A stretch of DNA of 64,000 nucleotides, taken from NCBI GenBank assembly GCA_964016885.1, contig OZ024742.1, positions 177,630,001 to 177,694,000 on the forward strand, in the 5' to 3' direction. Position numbers and translations under genes: made by a program. Source of the DNA: Eledone cirrhosa. Lineage: Eukaryota. The notes below the pieces were generated by a model. The model worked only from the letters and a program-made list of their open reading frames with translations, was not told the origin of the DNA and did not search any database. The stretch's first letter is position 1. Each line of letters starts with the position of its first letter. This document shows positions 48,267 to 62,849 of the stretch, in pieces.

Positions 48267-49136
48267 TCTATATATATAAAACTGTGGTTGTCTGTCTGTC
48301 TATCGATTTTTGGCACACATCTCCTCTTAGAATCTCTCACGGAATTGCACCGAAATTGCTATAATTGTACATTGAGCCCTAGCGAAGACATTGGAAAAAG
48401 AATAATTTCAAATTGACCCACCCTATGTGACGAAATCGAATATAATGTATCGATTTTTGAGCGTAAGTTATCAGTTATTTCCCTTTGTTCTGTTTACATT
48501 GAGCGTCTTACGTAAAAAATTACGCTGGCTTTCTCAGCGTTTAAAATGACATTGCTGCAAAATTCATCAGTTCGAACACTAAGCTTCCGTTTTGCTTCAT
48601 TTCCATTTAAAAGCATTTTAAAACAATATTTTTACTTGAAAACAAGTCTATTTAAAGACTACGTAAAACAAGCAAATATTTCGTCGTTAGGCGTGAGACA
48701 GACAGTCGTGCAGACAGACAGTCGTGCAGAGAGGTGATATACGCGTGCAGACAGACAGTCGTGCAGAGAGGTGATATAGGCGTGCAGACAGACAGTCGTG
48801 CAGAGAGGTGATATAGGCGTGCAGACAGACATAACTGATAATTTGGTTACGCTAATGTTTTTCTCTGCGTTGCAGTGTTTACATTTTCGATCTTTGTTAA
48901 TAAATAACCAGTGCAGTTTCTATTCCCAGCATCCTCTTTTGTTATAACATTCGGGTTATCGTTATGTTTTCTTAACTTCATAAGTCATATTGTTGGTTGA
49001 GGGAATATTAATCAAAAACACCACATGCAAGTCTGCACAGTAGACACTACAGTGTTTAAGCCAAGAAAGAAACTTAACATTGTAACTTTAACACAGCTAC
49101 TGAGCGACCCCGAGCAACGTCGGGCTTTACTGCTAG
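48267..49136 (+). mobile_element. Non-autonomous Helitron
   Basis: A|TCTATATATATAAAA 5' end, 3' hairpin cccga-gcaacg-tcggg (~49109-49124) then CTAG|T, no TSD; internal ~37-bp tandem repeat at 48697-48830. Confidence 0.8.
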
Positions 49137-49394
49137 TATATAATATAATAGAATAATCGAGTATCGGAAAATCAGCTCACGAATTAACGATAAACAATAT
49201 CCGATATGAGTGGCAGAGGGCTCAATAATTTGGATAAATCAGAGCTATAACCATAGAGATTATGCCTAAAATCACCTGTACAGCCGAAAAAGAACGACCA
49301 GGAAGATTCGGGTCACTCATGTTTATATATATGTATATAGACATTTAGTGAAAAATCGAACGGGAACGAAAACAGAGAAGCAGTAGAAACAAAG

Positions 49395-49450
<56 letters not shown>

Positions 49451-50528
49451 TATATAAAATCAGTAAAATATCAACAGATTAGGATTTAACTCTTTACTAT
49501 ACCAACACTGTAGCAGCTAAACATGATTCGAGTACTACTTTCAGCTGTTCTTTACCCGATCTCGTTCATAGAACACTACCTATACATATATATATATATA
49601 AATGTGTGTGTGTGGGGGGGGGGGTTGTGTCTGTATATATATATAGAATACAAATAGTGAAAACAATGAAATCGAACAAAATACGGGTAATTCATAGTAA
49701 AACTCATTATTTTACGATCGTTTCTGAGGGGGTGTGTAGTTCTCCGTATGTTCATTCTATTAGTGATCGATGTAAAATATATTACAAATTATCAAAGTAA
49801 GAAAATATACATACGCCTTCAGAAATAATGAGTTTTGTTTATTGAAGAATATAAAAACATGTATGAATAAGGAACCTTTTAAGAACGAGGTTGAGATTGA
49901 CCAATAGTAAAAATAGGAAGGGGCAATGTAGATCATAAAGCTGGTATTAGTAGATGAATAAATAGCAGTCAGCGGATGAGGTATCGAATGACTTTTAAGA
50001 AAAGAAAGTTGTGCGTGTAAAGAAATTTAGAATATCGTATAGAAATTTCAGAAAAGTGTGGACGGTCAAGGAAGATTAAAATTGGAGGAAAAGGGGTGCA
50101 GATATCAGTGTGTTATATCCAGTAGAATAGTATAGAACAATCCTAAATATTTGTTCTTTCTTGGTTAAAGACGAATAATTTGTTCTAAACTAGAACAAGT
50201 AGAGGAATATAGATGGAAACAAAGAAAAGTTAAAAGTAGATTAAAAATATATATAGGTAAGAATATAATAAAATTTGTGTAAGTATTGTATTGTGTTAGA
50301 GTGGTCAGAAGGAAGTTTCACCCGTATGGAATTTTATTTTCGAATAAGAAATCTCATTAATAATCTGGTTTTCTTAATAAGTTTAAATGCATGTCTGTTA
50401 AAGTTTTGTTAGAGTATTGAATATAATGTAATATATAGTGGTCATAAATAGTTAATTATTTAAAACAGTTATAGGGATGTAATATAGAATTGAATCTATG
50501 GAGTAATTCTAATAGCAAAAAAGATATC

Positions 50529-50633
<105 letters not shown>

Positions 50634-50636
50634 CGA

Positions 50637-51360
50637 AAAGAAATAGGATTTCGTTTCAAGCATAGCTTTATACAATTTGTATATATATTTCGTACCCCGA
50701 AAGAAATACAATTTTAGGAAGCCGTAGTTATGCAAAAACTGGGGGGATAACGCCCTCTGGTGATGTGCACCATAAGCAAGGGGGACAACCGTCTATGCAT
50801 TTCAGGCTTAACTGGCCATCGTCAGAACGGTCCCTCCCACCGTTTGCGACTGCTGGACTAGAAGACAGGCGAGAATATATAGTTTTCTCGTCTGTGTAAA
50901 TGAGGTGATTAATCTCATTTGCATATGAAGCTGCATAAGTTGGCTCAACTTATAATAGAAAAGAAATAGGATTTTGCTTCAAGAATAGATTCATACAATA
51001 TGTATAAATATTTCGTATCTCCAAAGAAATACGGTTTTAGGAAGCCTTAGCTACGCAAGCACCGGGGGGGGGGGGGGGCTAACGCCCTCTGGTGATTTCC
51101 ATATGCTAATGAGATTAATCACCTCATTTACACAGACGAGAAAACTATATATTCTCGCCTGTCTTCTAGCCCAGCAGTCGCAAGCGGTGGAAGGGACCGT
51201 CATGACGATTGCCATTTAAGCCTGAAATGCATAGATGGTTGTCCCCCCTGCTTATGCTGGACATAACCAGAGGGCGTTAACCCCCCCCCCCCCCCCCCAG
51301 TGTTTGCATAGCTACGGCTTCCTAAAACCGTATTTCTTTGGAGATAAGAAATATTTATAC
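50637..51360 (-). mobile_element. Nested retrozyme/pLTR-like element: ~1.4 tandem copies of a ~320-bp unit plus an inverted copy
   Basis: 50637-50763 is repeated at 50958-51094, and 51100-51360 is the reverse complement; HHR at 50789-50830. Confidence 0.8.
50789..50830 (-). ncRNA. Minimal type I hammerhead ribozyme
   Basis: Reverse complement: ccgtt-CTGACGA-t-ggc-cagttaa-gcc-t-GAAA-tgca-TA-gacgg. A mutated copy (ATGACGA) lies at 51197-51238 (+). Confidence 0.85.
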
Positions 51361-51689
51361 ATATATGTATATATCTTCTTTTATATTTTTTTCTTTATTT
51401 GTTTAGTTGTATTTGGGTGGTCATGGCTCGAAGGGTTGTTAGTTGGTGAAATTAAAGGGGATATAAAATCATAGTTGTTTTGGAAGCTATTGGTCAGATT
51501 GGGTAAGTAATTCTTAGTTCCTCTTATAATTCTTAGTTCCTATTATGATTCTATATCCCCTATAATTTCACCAACTAACAACCCTTCGAGCCATGACCAC
51601 CCAACCGCACACCCTTCTCTCTCATATAAAAATATAAATACAAATACTAGCACTGTTATTGGGAATATAACAAGCACATCTGAAACCCT

Positions 51690-52125
51690 ATGTACAAACG
51701 GTTGTAATTGTAGAGTAAAAAGTAAAAAGTAATTTCCCCTTAAATGGAAATTGCTTAATTAATAATATAGTGTTTAAATGTATAATTACAACTAAGGACT
51801 CTAATCAACACTATATTTGATCCACATCTAATCCGTTTAAATCGAGATTTTATGCACACACCCACAGTTTTCGAAATACAAGATTAGCTAATACCACTTC
51901 TTTAGCGGAAGCAGTTAATAATTGTAAAAAGAGAAAAATTAAATATAACCTAACTTGGAAGATTCTCAAAAGAGCCATTTCTTATCAGGGCAATAGAAAG
52001 GAGTGTGGACTATGTTCCCGAGAAATTTTTGAAATTACTAAATCGAAAGACATTCTATTAAATAAAAGACAAGAATTAATTATCGCATGTAACCATAGAA
52101 TTAGAAAGACATTCAAGTATTATAA
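51690..52125 (+). pseudogene. Penelope GIY-YIG remnant
   Basis: GCNCRVK...PLNGNCLINNIVFKCII...HYI*STSNPFKSRFYAHTHSFRN...WKIL...CGLCSRE...LLNKRQE...CNH. Confidence 0.85.
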
Positions 52126-52910
52126 ATAAATCTAAACAAATAAAGAAAAAAATATAAAAGAAAATATATATATATATAATATCTCTATATATATATATGT
52201 GTGTGTGAGTGTGTGTGTATCTTTTTTGCTATTAGAATTACTCCATAGATTCAATCCTATAGTTCATCCCTATAACTATTTTAAATAATTAACTATTTAT
52301 GACCACTATATATTACATTATATTCAACACACTAACAAAACTTTAACAGACATGCATTTACACCTATTAAGAACACCAGACTATTAATGAGATTTCTTAT
52401 TCGAAAATAAAATTCCCTACAGGTAAAACTTCATTCTGACCACTCTAACACAATAAAATACTTACACATATTTATTATTTTCTTACCTATATATATTCTT
52501 TATCTACTTTTTACTTTTCTTTGGTTCCATCTATATACCTCTACTTGTTCTATTTTTAGAAAAAATTATTCGTCTTTAACAAAGAAATAACAAATATTTA
52601 GGATAGTTCTATACTATTCTACTGGATATAACACACTGATATCTGCACCCCTTTTCCTCCATCTTTAATCTTCCTTGACCGTCCACACTTTTCTGAAATT
52701 TCTATACAATCTGTCTAAATTCCTTTACACTCGCAACTTTCTTTTTTTAAAAGTCATGACTGCTAATTTATTCATTTACTACTACCAGCTTAATGATCTA
52801 TACTGCCCCTTCCTATTTTTACTATTGGTCAATCTCAACCTCGTTCTTAAAATGTTACTTATTCATACATGTTTTTATATTCTTCAATAAACAAAATCAT
52901 TATTTCTGAA

Positions 52911-53091
52911 AAGTGGATTGGCAGTATCGGTAGAGAGTCGGACGCCATGCTTTCCAGCATAGTTACATCCCTTTGCCGTCTGAGTTCAAATCCCGCCGAG
53001 GTTAACTTTGCCTTTCATCCTTACGGGGTCGATAAAATAAAGTACCAGTAATGTACTGGTAATTGATGGCCTTCTGCCAAAAGTAGAAACA
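52911..53091 (+). mobile_element. SINE with 12-bp target-site duplication
   Basis: attatttctgaa at 52899-52910 and 53092-53103; the SINE is absent from the mirror arm. Confidence 0.9.
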
Positions 53092-53464
53092 ATTATTTCT
53101 GAAGACGGCGGGTGGAGAAGACGTAAGTATATTTTCTTACTTTGCTAATTTGTAATATATTTTAGATAGATCACTAATAGAATGAACATACGGAGAACTA
53201 CCTCCCCCCTCAGAAATGATCGTAAAATAATGTGTTTTACTATGAATTGCTCGTATTTTGTTGAATTTCATTGTTTTCACTATTTGTATTATTTTGACTC
53301 TGCTTCCAATAAATTATATCATTGAAATTTTGTACTTTAAACTTTGCTTCACGACATCTACATAGGGATTAAATGGAGTCCTTCATACGGTTTAAAGTAC
53401 CAGTAATGCACTGGGTAATTGCTGGCCTTGTGCCTAAAGTAGAAACAATTATTTGTTGGATTTA

Positions 53465-53513
<49 letters not shown>

Positions 53514-53899
53514 TCGCACATATGCACATATCTACGGGAAAGTGTGTGTATTTGCTTTTGAGTGTGTGTCGAAAGTAAAATGCTTTAGAAATTATGGGTT
53601 GGTGTGTTAGGGGGTTGATGGGAACAGCGACAATTGAAGCCAAAATCTAAAAGATTTAACCGAATTAATATGTTAATCTATCGTATTCCACCCGGTACTC
53701 TCAGTGCAGTTTTATTCTTTTGTTGCCACATGGGAAATTTTGGTAAAGATATTCGGAATATGTTTACTGTAATATTTATCAGGTTTTGCACTTATGTCGA
53801 GGAGCTGGTATGGCTGATTCAATATTTTTCACAAACAACTGTTTCACTGTAATTAGATATTATATATATAGAATATCAATATTTAAGAAAAATGGTGGA

Positions 53900-54600
53900 A
53901 ATAATAGAGACGATGAAAGAGAGGCTAGGAGAAGGGAAGGGAAAAAGAAAGGAGAGGGAGAAGGTATGGGAGAAGAAGAGAGAGAAATGTACAGAGAGAT
54001 GGTGGAGGGGAAAGAGAGAAGCAGTGGAAGATAGGTTGAGGGAAACAAAAAGAGAAACCGAGTGAGAGTGTGAGCGAGGGAGGGAAAGCGAAAAGAGATT
54101 GATGGACGGAGCGATGGTGAGAGGCAAAGAGATGGAGAAAGGAAATGAGAGTGAAAGAAGCAGATGGATGAAGGAAGAGAGAATGACGGAGTGAATCTGA
54201 AAGAGAGAGGGGAAGTGAACGAGAAAAGAGGGAAAAATGATGGGCTTATGGGAGAGACGCAGAGATAGAAACAAAGGGAGATGGGGAGAGAGAAAGTGAG
54301 TGAAAGTAGAATAGAGATGGAATAGGAGAGAAGGATGGCGAGTGGCAGGGGAGAGACAATGATTGAATAAAACTGTTGGATTATATGACAAGGACAAGGA
54401 GGCAAAGAGAGAGAATGGGATTGAATGAGAGATCGAGTAATGGAGCTATAAAAGAAACTGTGCGAGAGAGAGTGTTTGTGAGGAACAGACAGACCGGTGG
54501 ACCGAATATGAGAGCGGTAAATACAGACTTTGAGAGGAACGGCTAGAAGGATGAAAGATGTAGGAGGTGGAAGAGAAAGAAAGAGAGAGTCCTTGTAGAA
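53900..54600. repeat. Purine-rich (GA) low-complexity region
   Basis: Direct reading. Confidence 0.8.
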
Positions 54601-54849
54601 GAGGCGGGATTTACCTAAGAGTGTTCCACTTTTTTTTATCAACAGAACTACCTACTCAGGAAATAAATGTATAAATGACTGAACATTCCACAGACACGTA
54701 TGCACAAACCTGTGCATACGTGTCTGTGTGCACAAACCTGCCAACTCTGCCCGACGTACGCGGAGGTCTCCCACCCACTTTGGGGTGGGTGATGTCTTCT
54801 CGTGTGAAAATGGGTATAACTTTCATTATGTAAAATCGATAAAATCGAT

Positions 54850-55035
54850 GGTGGATTGGCAGTATCGGTAGCGGGTCGGACGCAATGCTTTCCAGCATAG
54901 TTACGTCCCTTTACGATCTGAGTTCAAATCCCACCGAGGTTGACTTTGCCTTTCATCCTGACGGGGTCTATAAAATAAAGTACCAGTAATGCACTGGATA
55001 GTTGCTGGCCTTGTGCCTAAAGTAGAAACAATTAT
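54850..55035 (+). mobile_element. SINE (main family)
   Basis: A box TGGCAGTATCGG, B box GAGTTCAAATCC, and tail. Confidence 0.9.
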
Positions 55036-56659
55036 GTAAAATCTTCCTACTTTGCCTCATTTCTCACCGTTTTGGGGCACTTTTTTCATGTTACTCCCAG
55101 ATTGGGTTTTTAGAAGTTGGCAGATCTGGTTTGTGACATGGCTGGTGCTTTCAATTACAGGTACAGTCCACTCTACGGGCTTCATTTCAAAACAGAATCC
55201 GTCTATTCAGTTTCATTCACATGTCATAGATCATCTGGAGGCTATTTTTAATAACTGTTACTCAAGAAGTCAGAGAGTTGGGCTGAAACCGAAACCTAAT
55301 GAGTGCGAAGCAACTTTCTTAACCATTCAGCAATGTTGTGTCCTTCCACTGAGAATCGGAAATGAAAATTGAGATATAAAATCAATAGAAACTGAAAAAA
55401 GGGTATGTTAACTTTCAATTTTAACTATTATCTGTTTTATGGTTAATGAGTTAACAAGTACCAGGTGCTATCAAATCTTAATTAGAACTAATTACCTAAC
55501 TGAAGCATTCCAAACCGATGGTTAATATCAATTTTAATGTCAATTAGCTCTATTTGAATAAATTATATTTCATTAACATAACAACAACTGGATCTTTAAT
55601 AGAAAATAGAATATCATCACATTATTCACCACAGACAACAACACCACCAACACTACCTCAACCACCAACAAAAAGAGTGAGAATGTACTTATTATATGTC
55701 TTCTTAATCTAGATAATCTAGGGACATGTGCAGGCATTTGTGAGTGGGGAAAAACAATGTGCGGTGTCGTTGGCAAGTATCATTTGCTTTAACAATATCT
55801 TGTGGGGAAATCTGAGTAGACGGAATCTATTTGGAAACCCGTCGAATAGACCCTATCTATACAACAAAGGACCAGCCAAGTCACACAGTTTACAACGCTG
55901 AATCTTCTTGAGAAAATTACATTATGATCACATGTATCTGTTGAATGTTCAGCCATGTACACGTTAGTTTCCCGAACATGCTGTCCCGTTGATCTGACAA
56001 TGTGATCTCTCGTCGTCGAAATTGGCGAATGCCCATTCCAATGTTGACAAAAATTCACAATGTTAGAGAAAAGAAAAGTTTGTCAATGTCGGACAACCTT
56101 TGATAATATCTGTATGATCAATCAAAGCTGCCCTGACGGTAAGCAACAACTACAACAACTACAACAACACTACCAGCACAAGAACAACAACAACAAAAAC
56201 GGTAAAATATGAAATAGCGGAAAGCTAATTTTGAAGACCTACTCAAAAATATTTCAAATCCAATTGAGAGTTAGTCGTCATATTTTTTTGCTGAGCTTCA
56301 GTGAAATGTTGTGTAATAAAAATGCCTTTGGTTATATTTGGTAAAAGATTAGCTATCTCACTTAATTAGACATCCGTGTCTAGAAGTGCTAATCTGAATT
56401 TAATCACCACCGACACATACTGGATCACAGCCAAGTTAAATAAAAGCAAAACGAAAGAAAAACACAAGAAAAACAGTTTCATTATTAAATATAGAAGAAG
56501 ATTTCTCCAGTTATTCTCAGAAAACTCATACCTAATTTACAGTCAAACAAAATTGTTGATATTTTCCATTTGACTTTTTCCCTGGGGTAAAGGTTGTTTA
56601 TGTTAATGCCGTACATATGTGTGTATATATATAAAAACAAATGTGTGTGTGTATATAAT

Positions 56660-56690
<31 letters not shown>

Positions 56691-58469
56691 ATATATAAAA
56701 CGTGTGTACACAAATTATACTATATACTTAGGTGCACATGATATGCGCATTAACTGAATAATAGCTTATTGTGATACAATTTTTTTATGAATATTTTAAT
56801 ACCCCCTCTCCCTCTCTCTCTATATATATATATGTGTGTGTGTACGTGCGCCTGTGTGTGAGTGTGTGTATATATGTATGTATATTTGTATGTATGTGTA
56901 TACGTATATATGTTGAAATGAATATACATATGTGTGTATGCGTGTATATATAAGTTTACGCACATATGCATTCATATATAAACGCATGTGTACTTAAGTG
57001 TGTATGTTTATGTGTGTTTGTGTGTGTATGAGTGTGTGCGTGCATGTGTGTCCGCGTGTGAATTAAGGAGATATTTAACATAAATTATGCAAGGTAATGT
57101 ATGTTTATGATGTTTAAATTATAAATCTGTTCGCCAGGATACTTACAATGTATTGTAACCTCACACATTTTCTGAGGTCATGTTGATATATACATACTCG
57201 CTTGTTTTAACATGCCAACACTACTTTTACATAAATCAAAATAACTAAACTATATACTTAGTCATGAATTCCAAGAATCACAGCTATTATTGTGAATTTT
57301 GCCACCAGAATAAATGGGAAATTATTTACTCTCTTCATATGCAATGACATCTTTAACAATTTCGATCTCTGCTATCACGATGTGCTAACAATAACTGTCT
57401 TTAGCGAGAACATATCGTATATAGAGAAAGTTCCTTGTTACCTTAGAGTAAAGCTACTGAGAGGAATGTAAACTGGTTTAATCCACCACATATTTCGTAT
57501 GTGGCCACAAACATAGCAAGAAATGTTCACGCACTCTCTAATAGACACACATTCGCCTCAGCTATACCTTAGTAGACAACATTGCTTAGTAGATTATATA
57601 TCCAAACATACAATAAGAAAATAAACAATACTCACTTCAACAGCCACATTTAAACTTTCGAAATTTCGTTACTTATCCGCTTAGAGGAAGGGTTCTCAAA
57701 GTGGGCGCTACCGCCGCTCAGGCGACGTTGAGAATTTTCAGCAGACGTAGGGGCCTAAGACGGCGATAGTGATTATATATAAGTATATTAAATATCAAAT
57801 GATACACATTATATATAAAAATAGTAAAATGAAAACTATATAATACGTATTTATACATAGTATATATTATAGTATTTATTATATATAAATTAGTAATCAA
57901 TTTTAAAGCAGCTAGCAATATCATTTATTGTACTTCCCGCTGTGCAAGATGTTGTTGTTTTTTAACAGCATAAATCTGGAAAATTTGCTATACTGCTTTG
58001 AGCCTAAAATTACGGAAATCATAGACGTCTGGGTGTTTTCTTTATCTTTTCTTCAAAAATGGGTTTCTTCCAAAATTTTGGAGAGTCTTTGATGCTGGGG
58101 AGGGGTGTATATGGTGGTAAGATTTACTATCTAAATACAATCATAAGATGGATTCCTCCTGAATAATTTCAAAACCCCTGAAAGGGTTAGGATTCCAACA
58201 CGAATCCGTATTTCTGATATAACAGGCATCGCGGAGGAGCAAACAAAAAATGACCGTAGGCCTAACTTCGAAGCTTCCAATACAACACACCCCTAACGTA
58301 AAAGCAGTCAACCCATACATACTTTTGACGTGCAGCATATTCCATCATGTTAGTCATCTTGACTAATGAAAATCTCACTACCTAGTGAGCTGTTGACAAA
58401 TCTTTCTTCATCATATACAATCTGGCAGATCACGTGGTTATTCTAAGCATGCAAGAATCTTCGAGTAAT

Positions 58470-58660
58470 AATTGCTTCAAATTTAGGCACAAGGCTAGTA
58501 ATTCGGGGAAGGAGAAAGTCGATCATATCGACCGAAGTTATTGACTGATATTTTGTTTCATCGATCCCGAAAGAATGACAGGCAAAGGTGACCTAAGAGG
58601 AAATTGAACTCAGAATATAAAGAGACCGAACAAATACTGCTACGCGTTTGTTCGACGATA
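58470..58660 (-). mobile_element. Degenerate SINE
   Basis: aggcacaagg...ggcaaaggtgacct...ttgaactcag. Confidence 0.7.
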
Positions 58661-58729
58661 TAACACCCCTGCACAACTTCAGAGCGTAATCATGGAATGA
58701 ACATACATACATACATACATACATACATG

Positions 58730-58915
<186 letters not shown>

Positions 58916-58927
58916 ATATATATATAT

Positions 58928-58987
<60 letters not shown>

Positions 58988-59253
58988 GATTTCACCGAAC
59001 TTAAGTTCACAGATATCACGGACTTGTTTCTCCTCTTCCCATCTTTCGTTGCATTACCATCTATGTTTGTTTACGTGTCTCGCTCGCTTCACCCTATTTT
59101 ACGTGTCCCAATAACTTTCTTTAGTTGTTGCTCGCACCAACTAGAGGTATATGATATTTAAAGCGAATAAATACCAATGAAGGCTGGAAGATCACTGATG
59201 AAGGACTAATTTTATTCATATGTAACCCATGTGCAACCTCGCAGCACACCAGT

Positions 59254-59292
<39 letters not shown>

Positions 59293-59293
59293 C

Positions 59294-59365
<72 letters not shown>

Positions 59366-59929
59366 GTCTGTGTGTCAATGTATAACCATATATTATCGGT
59401 CTATTAATCCTGGAATTTGATGAACAGAAAAGAAAATGAGGTTAATAAAAGAAGTTAAATGAATAAATAAATAAATAAATAATCTGTGAATAGCTAATTT
59501 GAAATTTGAGTGAAGCTGAAGTCAGTTGTGACAATATTATGAGGTGTGACCGTGTAGTGTTTTGGTGGACTGTTCTTAATTGGCTATAATGTACGGCATT
59601 TTGGCAGAGATTGCACTGCTTAAAAGCTTCCTGGAAGAAGCTAGGCTGTCATACATAGTCATGTTTACAACAAGAACCAGAGCATTGATCGTCAAATATA
59701 CCATCGGCATCATTGCCATATCGTAATGAGGGATAACCCTCACTACCTCCATCATTACTATTACTATATTCATCATTATCAACGCCTTCGACATCGTCAT
59801 AATCATCTTTTCAATCACCACAATCATCATCTTTTCTATCATGACCATCATCATCATCATCATCACCGTTGTTGCGTGTTATCAATATTATCGTCGCCGC
59901 CGTTGTAATAATTATAATGATAATACTAA

Positions 59930-60105
59930 TAATTGTTTCTACTTTTGACACAAGGCCAGCAATTATCCCAGTGCATTGCTGGTACTTTATTTCATCGACC
60001 CCGTAAGGATGAAAGGCAAAGTTGACCTCGGCGGGATTTGAACTCAGATCATAAAGGGAGGTAACTCTATGCTTCAAAGCATGGCGTCCGACGTTCTACT
60101 GCCAA
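59930..60105 (-). mobile_element. SINE (main family)
   Basis: Reverse complement of consensus. Confidence 0.9.
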
Positions 60106-60312
60106 TATAATGATGATTAGAAGAAGAAGAAGAAGAAGAAGAAGAAGAAGAAGAAGAATCTCACCATATAAACCAGATCTCCATTATCTCCCAAGACTTA
60201 ATTACCATGTCCTTCTGAAATGATAATTAAGTCTTGACAGATAATGAAGATGTGCCACTTTCATCTTTGCCACCATTATTGAAGTATCAGACATTGGACT
60301 TTTTGATGGCCC

Positions 60313-60432
<120 letters not shown>

Positions 60433-60452
60433 TTGTATGTATATATGTATCC

Positions 60453-60534
<82 letters not shown>

Positions 60535-60571
60535 ACATATAATATACACACACTTACGCACGCACACACTC

Positions 60572-60602
<31 letters not shown>

Positions 60603-61173
60603 TTTTTATTGAAATAATTATGCTGTCATCCAGGAACGATTTTTACTGAGACAGTGCTTAAATCCCCACCCTACATTGACACCATTTTGAAATAGCTATG
60701 TTTTTTTTACTTCAAGTGTGAAAGAGTTCCAAAATAGAAGTATAAATGACAATACATATATAGAGAGAGTGATGGTTTAGATATAGTGAGTTATAAAGTA
60801 AAAGTGAAGGAGATAATTTGGTAGTTTGAAATCTACGAAAAATAAAGAAGTAAAGGGAGCTAACTGCTGGATTATCTTCATAGTAATAAAACGCGGAAAC
60901 TATTAATGAGTTTCAAGTACCAGTCACGCATTGCGGACGACTTAATTGACTTTCTCCTTTCTCCCCACCAAATAACTGGCTTTGTGGTTAAATCAGAAAC
61001 CATTAATGAATTTGGTGAGGTTTGTTCAAGTGGAACTGAAAGGAGATATTGATTCTCCGAGCGTTGGAGCTGTCGTATTAGGATTCTTATAATTAGGTAA
61101 AGTCTGAATTATCCAGTTCTGTAAAATGTATGTGACGTTGTGTTGGCAGCGATCGACATGAAGTCAGGATATT

Positions 61174-61232
61174 TTAGGAAAGATTTAGGAATAAGTATAT
61201 GTTTTGAAGATATCTATAATATAATGTATATA

Positions 61233-61290
<58 letters not shown>

Positions 61291-61348
61291 TATATACATT
61301 ATATTATAGATATCTTCAAAACATATACTTATTCCTAAATCTTTCCTA
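61174..61348. repeat. Perfect palindrome centred on (TA)n
   Basis: taggaaagatttaggaataag...atgta(TA)n tacat...cttattcctaaatctttccta. Confidence 0.9.
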
Positions 61349-61595
61349 TATATATACACAAATAAAGATTCAGCGAGAATCGCATTTTCGGCGGGCAGGA
61401 TAAGAGAAGCGAAACGCAAAAATCAGAAATGATACTGGCAAAGTGCTCAATAGTTAAAAACCAGACCTAAACAATGTGTTAAGAAGCCATACAAAACTGT
61501 AAAGGTGGTCAAGAAGGCATTAACCATCCAAGCCAAAAACCAAATCAAGCTAAACAGGTCAAAACAAAATGAATGATGAAAAATAAATGATAACC

Positions 61596-61634
<39 letters not shown>

Positions 61635-61805
61635 CGGGATAACAAATTATTGTTATAGGTAGTCCACTTAGATGTAGTCCAGTTAGGGTACTCCGAGTAA
61701 TGGATTGTACTAATGCCTGGCTAATTTGGACTCAACAAGATGCTTCCATAGTGATGCTGCGAGTACGCGGTGATTTCTATGTCGTTTGTACTTGGAGTAA
61801 TAATA

Positions 61806-62652
61806 AATCAAGAAAGAAGAGTGACATTGCTGACAATTGTTTCTCCGAACTGGTAGGTCTAGAGATCGCTACCCGCCTGTTTGTGGGACAATCGATCACC
61901 AATACTTTGTTATAACCAGAGCATAGGAGAATGAAGGATATACACAGGCATGGATTCTATATACAGTAGTAGTATTAAATCAGAACAATAATAACAATAC
62001 TCAAATAAATTACAAAGATAGTAAATAGTTAAAATAATCACAACATCAATCTAAGTAAGAAATATGACTTTAGCATGTAAAACGAACTGATACGAAACAG
62101 ATTGAAATTAACATGTGAAAGATGTCATGGGGTATATAATATATAGTGTAGAGATAACCTGGGGCTGGAAATAATGGACCATTTACTTTACTGTAGGTTT
62201 GCTGACCGTAAGATTTATTTAATATGTGACAGATAAAACATTTTCATTGTAGTGAGGATGGTAATTTTTATGTGGCGTAAAGTGGATTCATTATTTCAGT
62301 GGTCTATATTAGATGAAGGGATTGTTACTTCGAATCATGGGGGTTGTTTAGTTTTCACAGTATCAATAACAAATCATTCATGAATAAAACAACAACAACA
62401 ATATAGGAAATAAGGTAATATAGAGGTTAAGAAAGCAAGGTATATATAGAAAACATGATGAATACTATTACGGATACATTGGGGTGTTCATTATAACAAC
62501 AGGAGGAAGGTGATATTTCAATTGGTGATCGGTTGACGCAAAAACAGGCGGGTAGCGATCTCTAGACCTACCAGTTCGGAGAAACAATTGTCAGCAATGT
62601 GAATAAAGCCCTTATTTGTATAGCAAACCATGGCACTCTTCTTTCTTGATTA
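61806..62652. mobile_element. Fold-back element with ~80-bp inverted repeats
   Basis: 61824-61903 versus 62521-62600, plus aatcaagaaagaagagtg versus cactcttctttcttgatt. Confidence 0.65.
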
Positions 62653-62789
62653 TACATATATATATATATATATATAAGTTGAAAAAAATGAAAACGAAAT
62701 TTCATTTCTCACTCTTAGTATGGCACTTACTTAAATGTAAGTATGTATGTATACGTACATACATATATGTATACAGACGTACAGTAGCA

Positions 62790-62849
<60 letters not shown>

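Noticed and set aside
53860-54642. 260-aa hydrophobic ORF
   Set aside because: Reverse strand of GA-rich low-complexity sequence.
57684-57770. hAT-like terminus (aagggttctcaaagtggg)
   Set aside because: No matching second TIR or TSD found.
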